Shown here piece after piece: positions 58,572 to 64,000 of a stretch of 64,000 nucleotides of DNA. Both the position numbers and the translations under genes were made by a program. A model generated the notes under the pieces. That model was given only the letters and a program-made list of their open reading frames with translations, ran no database searches and had not been told where the DNA came from. The stretch lies in the IMG/VR virus record IMGVR_UViG_3300037507_005588, positions 1 through 64,000 of that record, one strand, 5' to 3'. Positions within the stretch are counted from its first letter, which is position 1, and the number at the start of each line of letters is the position of its first letter. Source of the DNA: a virus.

Positions 58572-58644
58572 GCGGAAGTAGCTCAGTTGGTAGAGCTATA
58601 GCCTTCCAAGCTATAGGTCGCGGGTTCGAGTCCCGTCTTCCGCT
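58572..58644 (+). tRNA. tRNA-Gly(TCC)
   Basis: cloverleaf; U73. Confidence 0.93.
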
Positions 58645-58648
58645 CAAA

Positions 58649-58873
58649 ATGATGAAGAGACTATCTATATATCGTCACTTGGCGAAAACTGTTTCTTATA
58701 GGATTTTAGGTACAATAACAACAATTTCAGTTGCATATTTTTTTGGTGCAAGTGTAGAATTAGCTTCCATGTTAGGTTTGGGTGAATTGTTATTCAAACC
58801 AATTTTGTATTTTATTCACGAAAGAATATGGTACAAAATACCTTTTGGTATAAAAAATGAAACAAAAGACTGA
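58649..58873 (+). CDS. DUF2061 membrane protein
   Basis: RHLAKTVSYR..K..LYFIHERIW. Confidence 0.75.
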   Translation: MMKRLSIYRHLAKTVSYRILGTITTISVAYFFGASVELASMLGLGELLFKPILYFIHERIWYKIPFGIKNETKD

Positions 58874-58907
58874 TAAAGCTTAGTCTTTTTGTATTTATTA
58901 AAGTATT

Positions 58908-59534
58908 ATGGATTGGATTTCCCTTATTCAGACTGTCATTACCGCGATTACATCTGTAATCATAGCACTAATTGGTGCTGGGTATTTCAAAAAAATGCAG
59001 GATAAAAAGGATGAGAAAAAAAGTCGCGAAAAATTGGTAGAACAAATCCAAAAAGATGAAGTGATTCACTTTACTCTCAGAGAAATAAGAAGAAGATTTA
59101 ATTCAGATAGAATTTACGTAATTCAATTTCACAACGGAGGATATTTTTACAGTAAAAATCCAATGCAGAAAGCTTCGGTGACATATGAAAGAAATTCAGA
59201 CGGATTAGAAAGAGTTGGAGATAAATTTCAAAATATTTTAGTTTCAAATTACACTTGGTATTTGGGACAGATGATGTCCAGTAGAATGTTCTATGTAGAT
59301 TTGGATAATCAAATGGAAGACTTACCAACGATGAGTCTTTTGAAAAATTATGGAAATTATGCTCACGTTGCAGTCCCTATTTATGATGAAAGTAAAAACT
59401 TGATAGCCACATTAGCCTTAAGTTGGGTATTCTCTGAAATACCAACATCTATTATTAAGGACAATAACTTTTCAGATGAATTCAAAGAAGAGTTATATAA
59501 TGATGCGAACTCATTAAGAAACTATTTGGTATGA
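58908..59534 (+). CDS. single-TM protein with GAF-like domain (possible holin of T4 gpt architecture)
   Basis: N-terminal TM; DRIYVIQFHNG..VAVPIYD..LIATL. Confidence 0.5.
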   Translation: MDWISLIQTVITAITSVIIALIGAGYFKKMQDKKDEKKSREKLVEQIQKDEVIHFTLREIRRRFNSDRIYVIQFHNGGYFYSKNPMQKASVTYERNSDGLERVGDKFQNILVSNYTWYLGQMMSSRMFYVDLDNQMEDLPTMSLLKNYGNYAHVAVPIYDESKNLIATLALSWVFSEIPTSIIKDNNFSDEFKEELYNDANSLRNYLV

Positions 59535-59809
59535 TTGATTTTTGGGATATAGATTTCGATGATGAAACAATAGTCGAAGAAAATTTTATTGAAGGTTTAT
59601 TGAAACTCGGTTTTGTCAAAAGAAATCCAAACATTTACACAAAAGAAATTGTGAACTTACATGGAGATTTAGTTGAAGATGGTGTTTTTATTGACCTTGA
59701 AAGTTCGATTTTGATTTTTACTCCTGAGCCAAAAAATCATGTTAAAATAAAAATTGGAGACAGGGACATTAACAGGGTTGATAAATTTATCCGAAACAAT
59801 GTTATTTGA
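59531..59809 (+). CDS. hypothetical protein
   Basis: 92-aa ORF. Confidence 0.55.
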   Translation: MIDFWDIDFDDETIVEENFIEGLLKLGFVKRNPNIYTKEIVNLHGDLVEDGVFIDLESSILIFTPEPKNHVKIKIGDRDINRVDKFIRNNVI

Positions 59810-59821
59810 TATTTATAATTT

Positions 59822-60499
59822 ATGAATATATCATACCCACTACAAGGAAAGAGTTTTGAAAAGACCTCTGACTTCGGTCCGAGATGGGGTCGACAACACA
59901 AAGGTATTGATTTGGCTGCCGACCCTGGCACAAGAGTAGTTGCCGTTGCAGATGGAGAAATTGTCAAAGCCGGTAACTTCAATGATGGTTTTGGTGGTCA
60001 AGTTCTTATAAAACACGTTACCGAAGATGGTAAAGTTTTTTATACAAGATATGCTCACCTAAATAAGTGGTATGCTCGCGAAAATGAAAAAATTACCAAA
60101 GGTAAAAAAATTGGCGAATCTGGTGGTGAAAAAGGACATCCCAATGCAGGACGTAGTGAAGGACCACATCTGCATTTTGAACTCTTGGATGGTGGATTAG
60201 TTGCAAAGGACCCTGAACCATATCTTAAAGGTGCTGCTATTGGAGCTTTGGCGACAGCGGCAGTATTAACAAAAGATGGTGGAGAGAGTAAAAGTGGGAA
60301 TAAAGAAACAACCTATACACCTGGAAAATATGGTGAATTACAAAAGGACGGTAATAACTTGGTGGATAAAATTATGAAAACTGCGTTGAAAGTTATCACA
60401 CCAGCCGCCGCTGTTACATCTTTGAAAGGGTTATCTGAACCAAAGGAGGAAGATAAAAAATTAAATGAAGAAATTTCTCGTATAAAACAATTATTATAA
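59822..60499 (+). CDS. M23 peptidase with C-terminal LNEEISRIKQLL motif
   Basis: HKGID, YAHL, GPHLHFE. Confidence 0.9.
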   Translation: MNISYPLQGKSFEKTSDFGPRWGRQHKGIDLAADPGTRVVAVADGEIVKAGNFNDGFGGQVLIKHVTEDGKVFYTRYAHLNKWYARENEKITKGKKIGESGGEKGHPNAGRSEGPHLHFELLDGGLVAKDPEPYLKGAAIGALATAAVLTKDGGESKSGNKETTYTPGKYGELQKDGNNLVDKIMKTALKVITPAAAVTSLKGLSEPKEEDKKLNEEISRIKQLL

Positions 60500-60515
60500 C
60501 GATATATTTATAGAC

Positions 60516-60818
60516 ATGGATGACATTAAAAGATTACTCAGAGAGAGTTTAGTACAACACCTCAAGGAAGCCGAGGGTAAGAAAAAAGAAGACGTTATGG
60601 TACCTCAGGGATGTTTTGGTGGACCTAAACATGGTTTGGGTGCGTTAGTAAACATCGTAGAATTACTCATGAGAGAGAAAGATAGTGAGGGTACGAAAGC
60701 CGTTGATGATTTGAAACAATTTTTGAAAGGAACATCTAAGGTTGACCCGAAAGTTGTTGTTCAGATTTTAAGGAAACACAACAAACCACAATTTATAAGT
60801 TTTACAGGATGTTTGTAA
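60516..60818 (+). CDS. hypothetical protein (IKRLLRESL leader)
   Basis: ORF after TATTTATA. Confidence 0.7.
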   Translation: MDDIKRLLRESLVQHLKEAEGKKKEDVMVPQGCFGGPKHGLGALVNIVELLMREKDSEGTKAVDDLKQFLKGTSKVDPKVVVQILRKHNKPQFISFTGCL

Positions 60819-60821
60819 AAT

Positions 60822-60855
60822 AAAAAACCCCTCCCGAAAGAGGGGTTCTTTTTTT
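60822..60855. terminator. bidirectional terminator ending the tmRNA and the upstream + strand operon
   Basis: AAAAAACCCCTC-CCGAAA-GAGGGGTT-CTTTTT. Confidence 0.75.
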
Positions 60856-61265
60856 GGTGGAGGTGGCGGGAATCGAACCCGCGTCTTGCTCAGTCTACCC
60901 ATAAAGGACTACATGCTTAGGTCAGGGTTTTTCACACCCTCCGAACTATTTGGTTTCTATTTTACCATCGTCACCAACAACTGTGGGGTGTTCACTCAAA
61001 TCGGTAGAACACCAAACGTTACCTCCATTCCTTTTTGGGTAGAAACCACACCGTAGGGACTTCTGTTTCCAGGTTATATGTCCATCGACCCATTGTCACT
61101 ATAGCCTTAGGCTACAGTAACTTCCTCAGCTTGGATAAGACCCAAAGCCTCGAGAGTTGCGAAAGTTTCGCCGTTTGATTGTTGCATCCATAGATTAAGG
61201 TGATAGGAAACATCTCACCGCATGCCCCGTATGACTAACTCTGCCAATCAATACCGGTCACCCCC
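60855..61265 (-). ncRNA. ssrA: tmRNA
   Basis: GGGGGTG/CACCTCC-ACCA acceptor with G3:U70; T-arm GCGGG-TTCGATT-CCCGC; tag ORF 61172-61107. Confidence 0.93.
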
Positions 61266-61338
61266 ATAATTCAAAGAACAATACAAATATAAATACTTTT
61301 TTTCGAATCACAAAGTATTTATATGTAAAATATTTCAA

Positions 61339-61881
61339 ATGAAAAAAGTTATTAGACTAACTGAATCTGATTTAGAAAAGATTGTAAGAAGAATAATTCA
61401 AGAACAGCCAGCCCCTGAGAAAGAGGCTAGAAAAATTACAAACGGTTGGATGGTACCGACAGTTCAAGACCTTGAACTAAGTGCAAAAAAGGTATTTGGT
61501 GAGTTAAGTGGTCAGATTCCAGGCCAAAAGACCCCCACTTTTACTGAATTTATTAAGAGAGACGCTTTGGATAAGGTTGAATTACAAAAATTAGTTAACG
61601 GGGCAATCAATATGGCGTATCAAAGAGTGAGAGTAAAAAAATTACCTTTATACCAATTGAGTGATTTCTACACAAAAGCTTGTAACGCAGGTCAGGCATT
61701 TTGTTACAGTTACACTGAAGGTAATGAACTTGAAAAAAACCAAGCATTAGAGGTTGGTCAACGTAAGGCATATGGTCAAGCACAGAACGCAACATTTGAA
61801 ATGTTGAAAAAGTTAGGTAATACTAATACAGTCCAAGACTTGAATATAGGTGGAGAATCTGTAGGGGCATTAGTATTCTAA
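61339..61881 (+). CDS. hypothetical protein with MKKVIRLTESDL leader
   Basis: ORF after TATTTATA. Confidence 0.75.
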   Translation: MKKVIRLTESDLEKIVRRIIQEQPAPEKEARKITNGWMVPTVQDLELSAKKVFGELSGQIPGQKTPTFTEFIKRDALDKVELQKLVNGAINMAYQRVRVKKLPLYQLSDFYTKACNAGQAFCYSYTEGNELEKNQALEVGQRKAYGQAQNATFEMLKKLGNTNTVQDLNIGGESVGALVF

Positions 61882-61931
61882 AAATACTTGTTATGTAAAA
61901 TGTAAAAGGGGGGGTATATTACCCCCTTTTT

Positions 61932-62252
61932 TTATTCCACTGTCTCTTCGAGTAATTGTTTGTATCGGTCGGACTCCAAGAATTCAGAATATCGACTTAC
62001 ATGTTGTTTTTTGGGGTAGATGATAATTGGTGCGGGGAATTCGACAGGAACTCCTACCATTTTACGACCTTTCTGATGGAAGACGTACAGTACGTCTTTG
62101 ACCAAGAACATCTCCGAAGATTGTTCCATTGCGTATGAAACCCATTGTTCGTCTTCTCGAGATTCAACCATGATGAATGTGGTGTCAGATGTTTTTTGTG
62201 CGAAGACACTCGCTCCTGCGAGGGTCATCAGTAAGAATAGTGCCTTTTTCAT
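61932..62252 (-). CDS. secreted hypothetical protein
   Basis: signal peptide; TATATTTG upstream. Confidence 0.65.
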   Translation of the reverse strand: MKKALFLLMTLAGASVFAQKTSDTTFIMVESREDEQWVSYAMEQSSEMFLVKDVLYVFHQKGRKMVGVPVEFPAPIIIYPKKQHVSRYSEFLESDRYKQLLEETVE

Positions 62253-62332
62253 ACTTCAAATATACAATACATTTTTCAATTTTACAAATAGTGGAGACAT
62301 AAATTGGGTTTTTCCAAGTATTTATTTGAGGT

Positions 62333-64000
62333 ATGAACAAAATATTTCTTGTTGAAGGTAAGAAAGAGGATGCGTATAAAAAACTTTTTCAAAAGTTTCC
62401 TGACTACGACAATACCATTGAACGTATATTGGATTCCGACCCAACCGGGTCAAGGTTCATTACGTGGATTGAAAAATCCCTTGAGGAAAAACTTACAGAA
62501 CTCCAAGAAAAATCTCTTAGTCAAAGAGAGAAAATCGAACAGACACAGTATTTAATCCAACTATTTGAGGAGGTTGTTGGTACATTTTCGAATAATGTTA
62601 ATAGGATTACCCCAAAAATTTTGGAAAAATTAAAAGTTGCTCAGACTTGGAACGACAATAAGATGAGTGAAGAGGATTTGGAAAGAATTCTGAAATCTCC
62701 AAAAGATATTTTTTCTTATAATCTTGACCAACTTTTTGTATTGACAACAATATTGAAAAAAAATCTGTCAGAAAAATCAAAACAAAAAACCGCAAAAAAA
62801 GAATCGGATGTCATCTATGATGATGGAAGATACTTGGTAGTCCGTCCAAACTCCCATAAGGCATCTTGTTATTATGGGGCAAACACCAAATGGTGTACCA
62901 CAGCCGAAAATGACCGACACTTTGAAGATTATAAATCTCGTGGTTCGTTATATTATTTTATAGATAGAAGAAATGCAAAAGAAAAAATGGCCGTTTTCAT
63001 CCCAATAAGTGGTACAATTGAAATTTACAATACCGCAGACAACAGAAGTACCTTGGAATATTTGATAAATCTTTATCCTTTTGCAACAGATATCCTCAAT
63101 GAGGCACGAAAGGGTACCGGGTTGATGGAGTTGATAAAAAAAATTAAAAATGGTGATGTATCGTTGAGTCAACTTTACTCATTCGATGAAATGATTCGTT
63201 CAGCTTCACGAGATTCTGATGGTAACATCATTTTGAACATTTCTTTTGATGATAAAGGTTTTTGGGATTTATTTACTGAAATGGATGATTGGGAACGTGT
63301 GGCATATTCATCAGTTGGAAGTCATTATCCTATGGAACATTATGACTCTTATGTGGGTGAAGAAGATTGGAACGAGGGTTATCTGTTCGACTATTTTAAT
63401 GAAACTCAGAAGGTAAGGTTACAAGAATACTTGTCCGTTTTATTCTCAGGAAAATTACCAAATGAATGCCTTGAAACACCACTTCAGGGGGGTTGCCGAC
63501 AAAAAGTTGCATCAGAATTGCAAACTTTTTTTCCTGACGAAGTTGAAGAAATTCAAAATTATTATGTTTCTGACAAAAATTCGGATGTGGAAGAAGGTCT
63601 CAGTGACTACCTTAAAAAAGAATATTCCAACATTTTTGAAGAAAATGGTTTGAATTTGATTATGGACAAACCTTTTTGGAAATACGATATCAAACTTGAT
63701 GATTTAGAAAACTATTTGGAAAAAAATAGTGGAGGACTGCATCAAAACTTATTTGATTTGTTGAGTGACTTTGTAAACAACAAAACGGGTGGAATTGAAG
63801 ATTTCTCGCAGTTACAATATCAAGTTTCCGGTTCTGGTGATTATGACTATACAGAATCTGCCATTGAAAAATTATTGGACAAAATGGAGGAAGTCATTGA
63901 CGATGGTTCTTTTGAGATAGAAAAAATTGCCGAAGCTCAGAATTTTATAAAGAAAATTGGTGGTTTTAATCAACGATTAGTTCTTCCTTCAGATGAAAAC
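62333..64000 (+). CDS. large protein (3' truncated by window) with YGANTKWCTT domain
   Basis: frame from ATG 62333 appears to run off the window and is absent from the ORF track; RPNSHKASCYYGANTKWCTT. Confidence 0.75.
   Translation, partial: MNKIFLVEGKKEDAYKKLFQKFPDYDNTIERILDSDPTGSRFITWIEKSLEEKLTELQEKSLSQREKIEQTQYLIQLFEEVVGTFSNNVNRITPKILEKLKVAQTWNDNKMSEEDLERILKSPKDIFSYNLDQLFVLTTILKKNLSEKSKQKTAKKESDVIYDDGRYLVVRPNSHKASCYYGANTKWCTTAENDRHFEDYKSRGSLYYFIDRRNAKEKMAVFIPISGTIEIYNTADNRSTLEYLINLYPFATDILNEARKGTGLMELIKKIKNGDVSLSQLYSFDEMIRSASRDSDGNIILNISFDDKGFWDLFTEMDDWERVAYSSVGSHYPMEHYDSYVGEEDWNEGYLFDYFNETQKVRLQEYLSVLFSGKLPNECLETPLQGGCRQKVASELQTFFPDEVEEIQNYYVSDKNSDVEEGLSDYLKKEYSNIFEENGLNLIMDKPFWKYDIKLDDLENYLEKNSGGLHQNLFDLLSDFVNNKTGGIEDFSQLQYQVSGSGDYDYTESAIEKLLDKMEEVIDDGSFEIEKIAEAQNFIKKIGGFNQRLVLPSDEN

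Noticed and set aside
62349-63653. Apparent gene-poor region or pseudogene at the window end
   Set aside because: A single frame from 62333 appears to run off the window; the small listed ORFs are shadows.

Overview
AT-rich, densely coded, standard-genetic-code segment that is most simply read as an accessory/stable-RNA region of a jumbo (huge) phage of a Bacteroidota host. The host call rests on TAnnTTTG promoters, a T9SS-type C-terminal sorting domain and a tmRNA tag starting GE-. No capsid, terminase or polymerase gene is in the window, so the phage call is inferred from gene content. The window holds 24 canonical tRNA genes, two aberrant tRNA-like genes, a tmRNA, ClpP, a GH19 endolysin, an M23 peptidase, five sulfotransferase-like genes, five 2OG-Fe(II) oxygenases, glycosyltransferases, and many hypothetical proteins sharing an (I/L)xE..RIK leader downstream of a TATTTATA motif. 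Most notable: (1) a CRISPR-like array (36-bp repeat, 30-bp unique spacers) translated in frame as the body of a protein (25978-26742); (2) a ~230-nt minimal RNase P RNA inside a tRNA cluster (54863-55094); (3) a leader-peptide attenuator whose codons match the eight downstream tRNAs (46028-46180); (4) a tmRNA with an unusual 21-codon tag; (5) a secreted cohesin/dockerin/lectin/CsgG operon. All family assignments are from motif recognition by eye, not from database searches.
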